The notes under the pieces: model-generated
What the model saw: the letters and a program-made list of their open reading frames with translations, nothing else
Databases searched by the model: none
Told to the model about the DNA's origin: nothing
Shown here: in pieces, positions 1 to 12,305 of the stretch
Position numbering within the stretch: the stretch's first letter is position 1
How the letters are laid out: every line of letters begins with the position of its first letter
Program-made: the position numbers and the translations under genes
DNA from: an uncultured Candidatus Rokubacteria bacterium
Lineage (GTDB): Bacteria; Methylomirabilota; Methylomirabilia; Rokubacteriales; CSP1-6
Length of the DNA: 64,000 nucleotides
Reading direction: 5' to 3'
NCBI GenBank assembly: GCA_963762145.1
Contig: CAVXJS010000010.1
Coordinates: forward strand, 96,001-160,000

Positions 1-288
1 GCCCTTGAGATCCGCGAAGAGCACCGTCACGTGCTTGCGCTCGCCCTCGAGCGCGGCCTTCGAGGTGAGGATCTTCTCCGCGAGGTGCCGGGGGGTGTAC
101 GTCTCGGGCGCGGCCGCTCGCTCCGCGGCCGTGAACGTGGCCACGGCCTGCCCGCACTGCAGACAGAAGCGCGCGGTGCCGGGCAGCTCGGCGCCACAGG
201 ACGCGCAAGCCAGCGCCAGGCGGCTGCCGCAGCCGAGGCAGAAGCGGGCGTGCGCCGGATTATCCTGCTGGCACCGGGGGCACTTCAT
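1..288 (-). CDS. Adenylate/guanylate cyclase with N-terminal double zinc ribbon (5' part; runs off the window)
   Basis: Manual minus-strand translation MKCPRCQQDNPAHARFCLGCG...ETYTPRHLAEKILTSKAALEGERKHVTVLFADLKG; paralogous to the N-terminus of 15355-18726. Confidence 0.9.
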   Translation of the reverse strand, partial: MKCPRCQQDNPAHARFCLGCGSRLALACASCGAELPGTARFCLQCGQAVATFTAAERAAAPETYTPRHLAEKILTSKAALEGERKHVTVLFADLKG

Positions 289-303
289 GGCGGGATCTGA
301 CCT

Positions 304-1029
304 CTATTTGAGCGTGGCAGCGACCTGGCGAACCTGATCCGGCGTCCGCTCCCCCGCAAGCGGCGTTCCCGGCATCAAATGCTTCCCCATGGCGAGCCCG
401 CCGATCAGAACGGGCTCGTAGCCGATCTCCCGTATCAGGCGCGACGCCAGCTCGACGGCCTTGGCGTCATCTCCGGCGATCGGCATCCCGATGCGCTCGC
501 CCTTCTGCTCGTGCGCGGCGCCCATGCGCGTATAGCCGATCGCATTGAAGGCACGGACGATGCGGGCCCCGGGTAGAAGCTCCGCCGAGGCGAGACCGGC
601 GCCTTTCTCCCGGGCCCATGTCGCGATGTCGCCGTCGCGCGAGGGAATCGGGTTACACGTATCGATCACCACCTTGCCCTTGACCAGGGTCCCAAGGTCC
701 TTGCCGACGTCGGGTAGCGCTCGATACGGCACCGAGATCAGCAGCACCTCGCCGAAGGCGGCGGCCTCCCGCGGCGTTCCGGCTCGCGCATTGGGCCCAA
801 GGCTGGCGGCCAGCTTCTTGTCGTTATCGAGATCGCGCGACGAGAACATGACTTCGTGCCCGGCCTTCACCCACACGCCGCCCAGTGTCCCGCCGACTCT
901 GCCGGAGCCGACGACGCCGATCTTCAGTTTGTCAGTGGCGGCGCGGGCGGCAAACGGCAGACCGCCGAGCGCCAGTGCCGCCGTGGCCGCCCCGGCCCCG
1001 GCAAGAAATCCGCGACGATCTTGTTTCAT
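304..1029 (-). CDS. NADP oxidoreductase, F420-dependent family, with Tat signal
   Basis: Twin-arginine leader MKQDRRGFLAG, Rossmann motif GVVGSGRVG, DTCNP and RAFN motifs; AGGAG RBS. Confidence 0.85.
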   Translation of the reverse strand: MKQDRRGFLAGAGAATAALALGGLPFAARAATDKLKIGVVGSGRVGGTLGGVWVKAGHEVMFSSRDLDNDKKLAASLGPNARAGTPREAAAFGEVLLISVPYRALPDVGKDLGTLVKGKVVIDTCNPIPSRDGDIATWAREKGAGLASAELLPGARIVRAFNAIGYTRMGAAHEQKGERIGMPIAGDDAKAVELASRLIREIGYEPVLIGGLAMGKHLMPGTPLAGERTPDQVRQVAATLK

Positions 1030-1076
1030 GGCGCCGCTCCTTTCATGACAAGCCTTCAGAAGGATAGTAGCAAACG

Positions 1077-2399
1077 CTATCGTGCCGCCTCGGCCGGGAC
1101 GCCATGCGGCTCCCTTGCCGCCCGCTCGCGCTGCGCGCGTCCCAGCCACAGCCCGAGCGCCACCCATACGATCGCCAGCGGTACCGCGACGGCTGCGAGC
1201 GCGGCCAATCCCATGCCCAGCCGTCCCAGTAGACCTTCGGTCTGTGCGCCGATGACATCACCACCCCGGAAGACGAACGTGTCGATGAACGCCTTCGACT
1301 TGTACCGGTCGGCGCGGGGGACGACGGTGAACAGCGTCTCGCGCGCGGGCCGCATGATGCCGCGCTGCACGGCGCGGAACGTCGCCTCGAAGGCGATGAG
1401 CGCCGCAACCGAGCCGACGATCGCGAGACCGATGAAGCCCAGGGCCGCCGTGATCGGCAGCACCGCGAGCGTGAGGGAGACGCCGAGCCGCTTCATGAGG
1501 TGCCCGGTCACGATCGCCTGCAGGACGAGCGTGGCCACCTGGGTGATCATATCGATCCGCGCGAACATCGCGGTGCGCATGTCGAGGCTGGTCCCCAGCG
1601 CCGCCACCATCTGCAGGCGGGTGAAGTAGACGAACGTGGCCATCACCGCGATGATCACCACGTACGCGGCGATGGCGAGGAGATAGGGCGAGCGGAAGAC
1701 CGCCGGGAAGCCTTCCCAGGCGCTGCCGCCGATCACGGCGTGCTCCGTCGACGCCGGCGCATCGTCCCGGTCGCTCCGGGTCGCCTCGAGCCGATCCGTC
1801 CGGAGACGGGTAAGCCACCAGGCGGCGCCGATCGCGAGCAGGAGGAACCCGACCGCGACCAGCAGCAGCGCTGGTGTGCCGAGCGGCCTGGCGAGCAGGC
1901 TCGCGAGCCACGGGCCGAAGATCGCGCCCAGCGTTCCGCCCACGGCGACCGCCCCGAAGAGGCGCTTGCTTTGCTCCAGCGAGAAGCGGTCCGTCATCAG
2001 GGCCCAGAAGAGCATCGTGGCGAACAGGTTGAAGACGCTGAACCAGACGTAGAAGACCTGGCCGGTCCACTCCCCGATGCTGGCCGGCGCCAGCACGAGC
2101 AAGGCGTAGAACGCCAGCAGGCTGACGGCGAAGAAGAGGTAGGTCGCGTTGATGAAGACCAGGCGGCGGTACCGGCTGACGAGCAGGCCGAAGAGCGGGT
2201 TGACGAGGAGAGTGACGACGACGGTGCCGATGAAGAGCCACCGGATCGCCTCGATGCCGCGCTGCATGCCCAGCGCCTCGCGCGCCGGCCGCACGACCAT
2301 CAGCGCCGTGAGGACGCAGAAAAAGAACAGCCCCGCGACGAGGGTCGGACCGGTCTCATCGCGGCGTATGTTCGCAAAACGTTGAAGCATGGCGGTCAT
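1077..2399 (-). CDS. MFS transporter, NTP/NDP exchange (AAA) family
   Basis: About 12 hydrophobic segments; FYVWFSVFNLF, RPARETLFT and YKSKAFIDTFVFRGGD motifs. Confidence 0.85.
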   Translation of the reverse strand: MTAMLQRFANIRRDETGPTLVAGLFFFCVLTALMVVRPAREALGMQRGIEAIRWLFIGTVVVTLLVNPLFGLLVSRYRRLVFINATYLFFAVSLLAFYALLVLAPASIGEWTGQVFYVWFSVFNLFATMLFWALMTDRFSLEQSKRLFGAVAVGGTLGAIFGPWLASLLARPLGTPALLLVAVGFLLLAIGAAWWLTRLRTDRLEATRSDRDDAPASTEHAVIGGSAWEGFPAVFRSPYLLAIAAYVVIIAVMATFVYFTRLQMVAALGTSLDMRTAMFARIDMITQVATLVLQAIVTGHLMKRLGVSLTLAVLPITAALGFIGLAIVGSVAALIAFEATFRAVQRGIMRPARETLFTVVPRADRYKSKAFIDTFVFRGGDVIGAQTEGLLGRLGMGLAALAAVAVPLAIVWVALGLWLGRAQRERAAREPHGVPAEAAR

Positions 2400-2522
2400 G
2401 CCGGCATCTTACAACCTGTTCATGCCGGGGCGCCGGCCGCTTACTTGTGGCAGACTCCACCCCGGACGCGGCGTCCGCGTCCCACTAGCTCACACGACTC
2501 GCCCACAGGAGCCACCGTCCGC

Positions 2523-4462
2523 ATGAAGCCCCTCGACCCCGCCGCCCGGCCGTCTGCCGCCGCATTCGACGTCCACCGCACCGAGAACGTCATGCTCCCC
2601 ATGCGCGACGGCGTCCGCATGGCGACCGACGTCTACCGCCCGGCCCGCGCCGGCCGCCCGCTGGCCGACCGCCGCCCCGTCCTCCTGCATCGCACGCCCT
2701 ATAACAAGGTGGAGACCGAGGCGACGTCAGGCGAGTGCCAGCTACTTCGCCGCGCGCGGCTACGTGGTGGTGAACCAGGACTGCCGCGGCTGCTTCGGCT
2801 CGGAAGGCGACGTCAACTTCCTGATCCCCGAGGCCGAGGACGGCGCCGACACCGTCGCCTGGATCCGCAAGCAGGAGTGGTGCGACGGCACGGTGGGCAC
2901 CTTCGGCACCTCGTGGTCCGGCTGGACGCAGACCGCCCTGGCCGCGCTGGGCCCCGAGGGCCTCGCCACCATGGTGGCGAACATGAGCGGCGCCGACGCC
3001 CACGAGAGCAGCGTCCGTCACGGCGGCGCGCTCGAGCTGCGCTTCCTCGCCTGGGCCTTCTGGCATTCGGCCTACAACACGCAGGCCGCCCTGACCGCGC
3101 AGCCCCACGTGCAGGCCGCGCTCAACCAGGGCGCCCCGCGCTTCTCCGACTGGCTCGAGCGCATGCCCATCCGCCCCGGCCAGACCCAGCTCGCCCTGGT
3201 GCCGCCCTACGAGAAGTGGGCGCTCGAGATCCTCACCCGCGCCGACTACGACGACTACTGGAAGCACCCGAGCGTGGACTTCCGCCGCCACTGGGACCGC
3301 GTCCCCGACATGCCGATCCTGCTGGTGGGCGGCTGGTACGACTCCTACACGCGCGCCACCTTCCAGAACTTCGTCGGCCTGGGCGCCGGCGGGCGGCGGC
3401 CGGTGCGCGTCCTGATGGGCCCGTGGACCCACGGCGGCAAGACCATGGAGCTCTCCTACGCGGGCGACGTGGAGTTCGGCCACGACGCCGCGCTGCCGAG
3501 CTTCGACGAGCTGCACCTGCGCTGGTACGACCGGTGGCTGCGCGGCGTGGACAACGGCCTGGACGCCGAGGCGCCGCTGCGCATCTTCGTGATGGGCGGC
3601 GGCTCGGGCCGGCGCTCGGGCGCGGGCCGGCTCGTGCACGGCGGCCGCTGGCGCGACGAGCACGAGTGGCCGCTGGCCCGCACGCGCTTCACCGACTTCT
3701 ACCTGCACGGCGACGGGTCGTTGACGACGGACCCGCCGCGCGAGGCCAGCTCCGCCACCACCTACCGGTTCGACCCGGCCCGCCCCGTGCCGTCCATCGG
3801 CGGCAACGTGTCATCCCTGCGCGACGTGCTGCCGCTGCCCGCCGGCCTCGCGGACCCGAGCTACGCCGGCCGCGGCGAGCGCACGGTGGACGTCATGCGC
3901 CCGGGCGGCTTCGACCAGCGCGAGGCCCCCGGCTTCCACGGCTGCCGCCCGCCCTACCTGCCGCTGGGCTCCCGGCCCGACGTGCTGGTGTTCCAGACGA
4001 CGCCGCTGCCGCGAGGCGGTGGAGGTGACCGGGCCCATCGAGGTGCACCTGTGGGTGGCCACCTCCGCGGTGGACACCGACTTCACCGCCAAGCTGATCG
4101 ACGTCTACCCGCCGAGCGCGTGGTACCCGCAGGGCTATGCGCTGAACCTGACCGACAGCATCGCGCGGCTCCGCTACCGCAACGGCCGCGAGCGGGGGGA
4201 GCTGGTGAAGCCGGGCGAGCCCGTGCAGGTGACGCTCACGCTCTATCCGACGAGCAACCTGTTCATGCCGGGGCACCGGATCCGGCTGGACGTGTCGAGC
4301 TCGAACTTCCCGCGGTTCGACGTGAATCCCAACACGGGGGAGGCGATCGGGCGGGAGCGGCGGCGGGTGGTGGCGGACAACACCGTGTTCCACGAGCGGG
4401 GGCGGGAGTCGCGGGTGGTGTTGCCGGTCGTTCCGATCGAGCCCTCGATAGGTAGCGGCTAG
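2523..4462 (+). CDS. CocE/NonD family hydrolase (frameshifts near 2740 and 4010)
   Basis: MRDGVRMATDVYRP, RTPYNK, QDCRG, nucleophile-like GTSWSG, GPWTHG and C-terminal SSSNFPRFDVNPNTG spread over three ORFs. Confidence 0.9.
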
Positions 4463-4884
4463 CATCGGTTCCAGGGCGGTCCTTCGCCGGACGGCCCCGG
4501 AAGCGAAGCAGGAGAGCCCGAAGGCCCAGCCTCGAAGAGCAGAGTGCCTGGACTAAGGTCCAACTAGGCAGCGGACAGGCAGGAGAGAGACAGTATGAGT
4601 GCCTACTGCGGGCTCTCTCGGTGGCGCACCTTGGCGCCAGACTCCTGTGGCATCTGGCTTGATCCTCCCGGTTCAGAACGCACGCTGCGCGGCTGCTCCG
4701 TGCGTGACGAGGGCGCCAAGATGCTTGATGGATACATCGTACGTGAGCAGGATCGGGCAGCCGTCCAGTGGCGAGCTTCGTGCGCCGCTGACGATGCACT
4801 GAGGCGGCAGATAGAAGCCCGCTTGTCCGAGGGTGGCTTGCCCGCCGTCCCCCACGGTGTTTCCAGCGTCGATGGGCGGGCTCA

Positions 4885-5178
4885 ATGATTACCGAGACCC
4901 TCAACGATGATCTGAGGAGAGGGGTGCGCGCCCGGCTGTCCGAGCGCACGCTGTTTCCCGCTACGGGGATGTCGTCAATACGTCGGGGAACCGGACGGCC
5001 GTGTGACGTGTGCGGGCACTCGATTGACTCACCCACTCTGGAACGCGAAGTCGAAGGCGCCGGCGTGCTCGGTCTCGCCCATCCGCTTTGCTACACGATG
5101 TGGCGCGCGGAGTCTGCTCTTCTCAAACGCCCCACCCGCTGGCGAGACTCAAATCGACTATCACGAGTGACTTGGTAG
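4885..5178 (+). CDS. Small CxxC...HxxC putative zinc-finger protein
   Basis: GTGRPCDVC...EREV...HPLCYTMWRAES; same pattern as 26104-26382. Confidence 0.65.
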   Translation: MITETLNDDLRRGVRARLSERTLFPATGMSSIRRGTGRPCDVCGHSIDSPTLEREVEGAGVLGLAHPLCYTMWRAESALLKRPTRWRDSNRLSRVTW

Positions 5179-5459
5179 GGAGGGAATCGCCATGAGACGG
5201 GACGGAGGCCTCCGACGTGCGGCCGCAGTGCTGCTGCAGACCACATTGGCGATGGGGATTCTGGTCGGTTGCGCTGGGGCGCCGCGCCCAACCGACGGTA
5301 TCCGGGATCTACCCCATATCGCGAGCCAAGCGCCATCCAAGGAGATGGAACCTCGCCACAAGTGATCTAGTGGACCATGGTCCACTATCCAGGCCGAAGC
5401 GTGCCTCGCTACACTGGACGCTGATCGCACATATTCTCCGGAAGGCCAGGAGGCATCTC

Positions 5460-5825
5460 ATGCAAGCGTTACGCGCATCGCTCAAGCCAGGGATCTGGGG
5501 TCTGATAATCGGCAGCATTCTCACCATGATCGTGGGTTTCAGCTGGGGAGGCTGGACGACGAGTAGCACGGCAGGCCGACAGGCGATGCTACAGGCCGAT
5601 ACCGCGGTCACCACGGCGCTGGTACCGATCTGTCTCGCCGGGAAGAGAGCGGATGTGGCCTACGCCAAGAAGCTCGGCGAGCTCACGGCCATCACGTCGT
5701 CCTACGAACAGACCGAGTTCGTGATGAAGACCGGATGGGCGACGTTCCCAGGGCAACCGGACCCCAATCGAGCTGTGGCAGAAGCCTGCGCATCGGCACT
5801 TCTCAAGACCGCGGCTGCGAAGTAG
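5460..5825 (+). CDS. Membrane-anchored hypothetical protein
   Basis: AGGAGG RBS; N-terminal TM with GFSWGGW, later GWAT and VAEACA. Confidence 0.7.
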   Translation: MQALRASLKPGIWGLIIGSILTMIVGFSWGGWTTSSTAGRQAMLQADTAVTTALVPICLAGKRADVAYAKKLGELTAITSSYEQTEFVMKTGWATFPGQPDPNRAVAEACASALLKTAAAK

Positions 5826-5907
5826 CGCACCGAGATCGCCCAACTCATCCGCGATGGCACAGCATCGCGGCGGAGGTTGTTTCGCTTCCCACCCCGAGCG
5901 ATTCCTC

Positions 5908-5940
5908 GCTTGACATATCAAGCTATATCTTATATAAGAT
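5908..5940 (+). promoter_or_regulatory. sigma70-type promoter upstream of groES, overlapped by two palindromes
   Basis: TTGACA (5910)-17 nt-TATAAG (5933); inverted repeats GCTTGA-cata-TCAAGC and ATCTTATATAAGAT. Confidence 0.7.
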
Positions 5941-6065
5941 GCATGTAGTAATATACACAGCGAACCGGCCAGCTAGATCCTTCGCGGCGATGTTGCGGTA
6001 ACAAGCACCCCGCTGATCGGGATGCTCCCACGTTTCACCCCTTACCATCGGGAGGCCAGAGAACC

Positions 6066-6353
6066 ATGAAGATTCGTCCGTTACACGACCACATCCTCGT
6101 CGAGCGCGAGGAGGAAAAGGCAGTCAAGAAGGGCAGCATCATCATTCCGGATACCGCCAAGGAGAAGCCCCAGGAGGGCAAGGTGATCGCGGTGGGCAAC
6201 GGGAAGATGAACGAGGACGGTAAGCGGATCCCTCTGGATGTGAAGGCCCACAATCGCATCCTGTTCGGCAAGTATTCGGGCTCCGAGGTGAAGGTCGACG
6301 ACCAGGAGTATCTGATCATGAAGGAAGACGACGTGCTGGCCGTCATCGAGTAG
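6066..6353 (+). CDS. groES: Co-chaperonin GroES
   Basis: [12 protein letters not shown]...[14 protein letters not shown]...FGKYSGSEV. Confidence 0.97.
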   Translation: MKIRPLHDHILVEREEEKAVKKGSIIIPDTAKEKPQEGKVIAVGNGKMNEDGKRIPLDVKAHNRILFGKYSGSEVKVDDQEYLIMKEDDVLAVIE

Positions 6354-6430
6354 TCGCGTCGAGCACGCACAGTCAGCCCAACCCGGCCGCGACGGCCGGG
6401 CCACCCTATCGAATCGAGGAGAAGCATCAA

Positions 6431-8051
<1,621 letters not shown>

Positions 8052-8069
8052 GGTCGGATCCAGGTACGG

Positions 8070-8097
8070 CGGCCCTTGCCGGCAACGGCAGGGGCCG
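8070..8097 (+). terminator. GC-rich hairpin after groEL
   Basis: CGGCCCTTGCCG-GCAA-CGGCAGGGGCCG; no U tract. Confidence 0.5.
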
Positions 8098-8645
8098 TGC
8101 ACGGCCCGGGAAAGGACTCGGCACGTATGGCACTCAGTCCCAAGATGCTGGCCATCATCGAGAAAGTCGACGCCGCAGACGCCGCGCACTCAGCGAGTCT
8201 CCACGCGGCTGCCAAGGAAGAGGCAGAGGCACGCGAGAAGGCAACGCGCTTAGAGCGAGAAGTCCGAGCGGGCGCGGCCAAGACAAGGCAAGCTGTAGGG
8301 CGTCGTTCTAAATCGTAACCAACTGAGCTTCGACTATCCCTTCCGTCTTGCCCTGTCCCTAGTTTTGTTAGGCCGCGTTTGAGTCTTCTGGCCGGCCCGC
8401 TGAGAGGTATCCGCTGCCGCTTTCACCTTGAGCAGATCAGAAACAACATCGTCAAAGGCCAAGCGGTATAGAGGCGGAGCCGTACTGGGTCGGACGGTGT
8501 TTGTCTTCATGGGTCCAGTCTAACCGCGATCCTCTCCGATCTCGCATCTCTAGGTCTTAAGTCCAATGGGCCCGCGATGGCGCGATCCGCGGTATGTTCG
8601 AGGCCGGGCAACCGTCTATCTGAGCCACCGGCCAAGGGGGAAGAC

Positions 8646-9581
8646 ATGAAGTTCGGGATCCACATCGGTCACATGGGTGGTCCGCTGGGCGAGATGCGCA
8701 AGCTGTGGAAGTTCGCCGACGCCAAGGGCTTCGACTGGTTCTCGGTGTCCGACCACTTCCAGGAATCGCCTCCACGCGGCGGCGACATGGACTGCTACGA
8801 GGCGATCGCGACCCTGACCGCGGCGGCCATGGACACGCAGCGCATCCGGCTGGGCAGCGGGGTCTACTGCGTCGCCTACCGCAATCCCGGGCTGCTCGCC
8901 AAGTCGCTCACCACCATCGACCATCTGTCGAACGGCCGCGTCGACTGCGGCCTGGGCGCCGGCTGGCACGACGTCGAGGCGAAGGCGTTCGGCTTCCCGT
9001 TTCCGTCCATCGGCCCCCGCCAGGACATGCTCGAGGAGTACGCCCAGATCATGCGCCTCCTCCTGGATCCGGAGCAGCGGCGCGCGACCTTCGAGGGGAA
9101 GCACTTCCGCGTCACGGACGCCCCGAACAACCCCAAGCCGCTGCAGCCCCGGATCCCCATCTGGATCGGCGGGCGCGGCGAGAAGCGCACGCTCCGGACG
9201 GCCGCGAAGTACGCCGACGGATGGAACGGGGCCTACATCGGCCCCGACGAGTGGAAGCGTTTGGGCCAGGTCCTCGACCAGTGGTGCGAGAAGGAAGGGC
9301 GCGACCCGAAGACGATCATGCGCACCGTGAACCTCGGGTTCTATCTCGGGGCCGACGCGAAGGGCGCGGCGCGCGCCGAGGAGGTGTTCCGCGGGCACTG
9401 GGGCGGCAGCCCCGAACGCGCCGCCCGCACCGGCCACCTGCGGGGTACGGTGGCGGAGGCGCGGACCATGGTGGACCAGTTCCGGGCGCTCGGCTGCACG
9501 CGGCTCTGCATCGCGCTCCGCGAGGGGCCCTACGACTGGGAGGCGCTGGAGGCGTTCGCCGCCGAGATCGTCCGCGCATGA
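8646..9581 (+). CDS. LLM-class (probably F420-dependent) oxidoreductase
   Basis: GFDWFSVSDHF, TIDHLSNGR, GLGAGW, PIWIGGRGEKRTL. Confidence 0.9.
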   Translation: MKFGIHIGHMGGPLGEMRKLWKFADAKGFDWFSVSDHFQESPPRGGDMDCYEAIATLTAAAMDTQRIRLGSGVYCVAYRNPGLLAKSLTTIDHLSNGRVDCGLGAGWHDVEAKAFGFPFPSIGPRQDMLEEYAQIMRLLLDPEQRRATFEGKHFRVTDAPNNPKPLQPRIPIWIGGRGEKRTLRTAAKYADGWNGAYIGPDEWKRLGQVLDQWCEKEGRDPKTIMRTVNLGFYLGADAKGAARAEEVFRGHWGGSPERAARTGHLRGTVAEARTMVDQFRALGCTRLCIALREGPYDWEALEAFAAEIVRA

Positions 9582-9629
9582 GACCAAAGTCCACTGGGCG
9601 AGGGGAATCCGCGTCACTAGACTGAAGGG

Positions 9630-10115
9630 GTGGAAGAGTCAGAAGACCTGAAACGGGCCACGGCGCTCTGGCGGGCGGGCTACCGCTACCAGATGGACGG
9701 GGAGCTCGACCGAGCCATCGAGCACTACCAGCGCTCCGTCGCGGTGCACCCCACGGCGGAGGCCCACACCTTCCTGGGCTGGTCCCTGAGCTTCCAGGGC
9801 CGGTTGGAGGAGGCCACGGCCGAGTGCCTCCGCGCGATCGAGATCGACCCCGACTTCGGCAACCCCTACAACGACATCGGGGTCTACCTGATGCAGCAGG
9901 GGAAGCTCGACGAGGCCATCCCCTGGCTGGGGAAGGCCAAGCAGGCGAGCCGCTACGAGCCGCGCCAGTTCCCGTTCATGAACCTGGGGCGCGTCTATCT
10001 CAAGCAGGGGCGCTGGTGGGACGCGCTGCGGGAGTTCGAGGGCGCCGTGCAGGCGGCGCCGGGCGACGTGCAGGCCGCGAAGACGCTGCATCAGCTGCGG
10101 GGTCAGCTGAACTGA
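9630..10115 (+). CDS. Tetratricopeptide repeat protein
   Basis: AEAHTFLGW, AIEIDPDFGNPYNDIG, NLGRVY repeats. Confidence 0.9.
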   Translation: MEESEDLKRATALWRAGYRYQMDGELDRAIEHYQRSVAVHPTAEAHTFLGWSLSFQGRLEEATAECLRAIEIDPDFGNPYNDIGVYLMQQGKLDEAIPWLGKAKQASRYEPRQFPFMNLGRVYLKQGRWWDALREFEGAVQAAPGDVQAAKTLHQLRGQLN

Positions 10116-10124
10116 CGTAGCCCG

Positions 10125-10901
10125 CTACTGCCTGCCGGGAACGACGACCAGCGCGTTTGGCACCCCCCACCCGCCGGGTAGCGACAGCGCCCGTGCGGGG
10201 AGCTTCACCACGAGCTGTGTCGACGGGCCTCCATCGAGATTGAGGGCATCCCAGCACCCGAGCCCACCCTGGTCAGGCGGGTCGGCAAGGAAGCGTGCGA
10301 ACGCGGTGGCCTCGACCTTCGTCGAAACGACGAGAACGACGATATTTCCCCCGGCGCACACCGCGGTCCGCTCGGCGATCTGGGGTTTCAGCTGCTGGAC
10401 CTTTCCCCCGACGAGGAGACGGGGGAGACCCTGGACGATGAGGCGATGGTCAAGAGGGTTCTGGATGTCGGCGCCGAGCATGATCCGCCCCTGCTTGCCA
10501 TCGATCACGAGAGCGCCCCAGCTCCGCCGGTTGCTCAGGGCCATGACTCGTCCTTCGTCGACCGCAAGGCCCATCGCACGGCCCTCCTTGTCGAAGAAGC
10601 TGGCATTGACAGCCACGACAACGGGATAGGGCGCAACGATCTGCTCCACGGTGCGCCGCAGCGGAGGGTCTCCAGCGGGGATCAGACGGAGCTCTGCCAC
10701 GTCGAGATCGATCTTGAAGGCGTGGCCCGAGAACGGCTCCGCGTCTGCCGGCCGCACCTTGAAGGCCGCGTGTGCGACGCCCAGGGCTACTACCGAAAAT
10801 CTCGGCGGCTCCGCTCTCGCCGGACTCATCACCGCGCCAGCCATCGCCAAGAGCACCGCCAGGACGCCGGGAACGAGAATGAACCGGTACCGTTGGAACA
10901 C
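10125..10901 (-). CDS. Phosphodiester glycosidase (NAGPA-like) family exported protein
   Basis: Signal peptide; VNASFF, RTAV and ALNLDGGPSTQL motifs. Confidence 0.85.
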   Translation of the reverse strand: MFQRYRFILVPGVLAVLLAMAGAVMSPARAEPPRFSVVALGVAHAAFKVRPADAEPFSGHAFKIDLDVAELRLIPAGDPPLRRTVEQIVAPYPVVVAVNASFFDKEGRAMGLAVDEGRVMALSNRRSWGALVIDGKQGRIMLGADIQNPLDHRLIVQGLPRLLVGGKVQQLKPQIAERTAVCAGGNIVVLVVSTKVEATAFARFLADPPDQGGLGCWDALNLDGGPSTQLVVKLPARALSLPGGWGVPNALVVVPGRQ

Positions 10902-10961
10902 AGTGGTCTAGGGTAGCTTGCGGGTGGGCCGATTGCGAGTCGTGTGCTAGAAAGAGGCATC

Positions 10962-12281
10962 GTGCGCAAGCGAAAGATGCACCTGGCGCAGTTCCTCTGC
11001 CATGGCCCGACCTATCACAGCCTCGCCATGTGGCGGCATCCCCGCACCGCGGAGGCCGGGTTCGACTGGGCAAAGCCGGAGCTCTATCAGCACATCGCGC
11101 GGGTCTGCGAGCGCGGCAAGTTCGACATGGTCTTCTTCGCGGACCTGAACTACATCTCCGACACGTATCGCGGGACGATGGACCCGGCGATCCGGCACGC
11201 GACCCAGGCGCCCGAGCACGACCCGATCCCGCTGCTGTCGTTCATGGCCGCGGTCACCACGCGCATCGGCCTCGGGGCGACGTTCTCGATCAGCCACTCG
11301 CACCCGTTCTACGCCGCGCGCCTGTGGGCGACGCTGGATCACCTGACACGCGGCCGCGCCGCCTGGAACGTGGTGACGTCGCTGAACCACAACCAGTCCG
11401 CGAACTACGGAGAGGAGCGCCGGCCGACCGACGAGCGCTACGATCGCGCCCACGAGTTCATCGAGGTCTGCCGCAAGCTCTGGGACAGCTGGGATCCGGA
11501 CGCGGTCGTGATGGACCGCGCGGCGGGCGTGTTCGCCGATCCGTCCAAGGTGCACCGCATCGAGCACGAGGGTCGGTTCTTCCGGTCTCGGGGGCCGCTC
11601 AACGTGGTGCGCTCCCCGCAGGGCGGCCCGGCGATCCTGCAGGCGGGAACGTCGCCCAAGGGGCGGACGTTCGCGGCGCGGTATGCCGACGCGATCTTCG
11701 CGATCCAGCCGAACATCGCGGGCGCCAAGGCGTACTACGACGACATCAAGAGCGGCACCGTGAGCGAAGGGCGCACGCCCGAAGCGTGCAAGATCCTGTT
11801 CGGCATCCAGCCGATCCTCGGGGCGACGGAAGACGAGGCACGCGAGAAGCAGGCGCTGCACAACCGCCTCGTCCCGCTCGAGGGCGGCATGGCGATTCTC
11901 TCCGGCCACCTCGACTTCGATCTGTCGGCGCTGCCGCTCGACGAGGTGATGGCCCGACGCACGGAGCCGCAGCTGCAGCGCATGCAGACGCGGTACCGAA
12001 CCCTGACGGGCGAGCTCCTCACGCTGCGGGAGGTCGCGCAGCGCCACGGACAGAGCGTGGGGCTGGTCCAGATGGTGGGCACCCCTTCGCAGGTGGCCGA
12101 CCAGATGGAGGACTACTTCGACCAGGTGGGCGGCGACGGGTTCATGCTGTCGCCGATCTATTCACCGGGGGCCATCGAGGAGTTCGTTGATCTCGTGGTG
12201 CCGGAGCTGCAGCGTCGTGGCCGGTACCGGCAGGACTACGCCGGGACCACGCAGCGCGATCATCTGATGCAGGAGGAGTGA
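10962..12281 (+). CDS. NtaA/SnaA/DszA-family FMN-dependent monooxygenase
   Basis: ERGKFDMVFFAD, LDHLTRGRAAWNVVTS, QAGTS, VPELQRRG. Confidence 0.92.
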   Translation: MRKRKMHLAQFLCHGPTYHSLAMWRHPRTAEAGFDWAKPELYQHIARVCERGKFDMVFFADLNYISDTYRGTMDPAIRHATQAPEHDPIPLLSFMAAVTTRIGLGATFSISHSHPFYAARLWATLDHLTRGRAAWNVVTSLNHNQSANYGEERRPTDERYDRAHEFIEVCRKLWDSWDPDAVVMDRAAGVFADPSKVHRIEHEGRFFRSRGPLNVVRSPQGGPAILQAGTSPKGRTFAARYADAIFAIQPNIAGAKAYYDDIKSGTVSEGRTPEACKILFGIQPILGATEDEAREKQALHNRLVPLEGGMAILSGHLDFDLSALPLDEVMARRTEPQLQRMQTRYRTLTGELLTLREVAQRHGQSVGLVQMVGTPSQVADQMEDYFDQVGGDGFMLSPIYSPGAIEEFVDLVVPELQRRGRYRQDYAGTTQRDHLMQEE

Positions 12282-12305
12282 CCCCGACTCGTTTCGCGCG
12301 CCCCG

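Noticed and set aside
4595-4888. 97-aa ORF upstream of the zinc-finger gene
   Set aside because: No recognisable motif; cannot be supported as a gene
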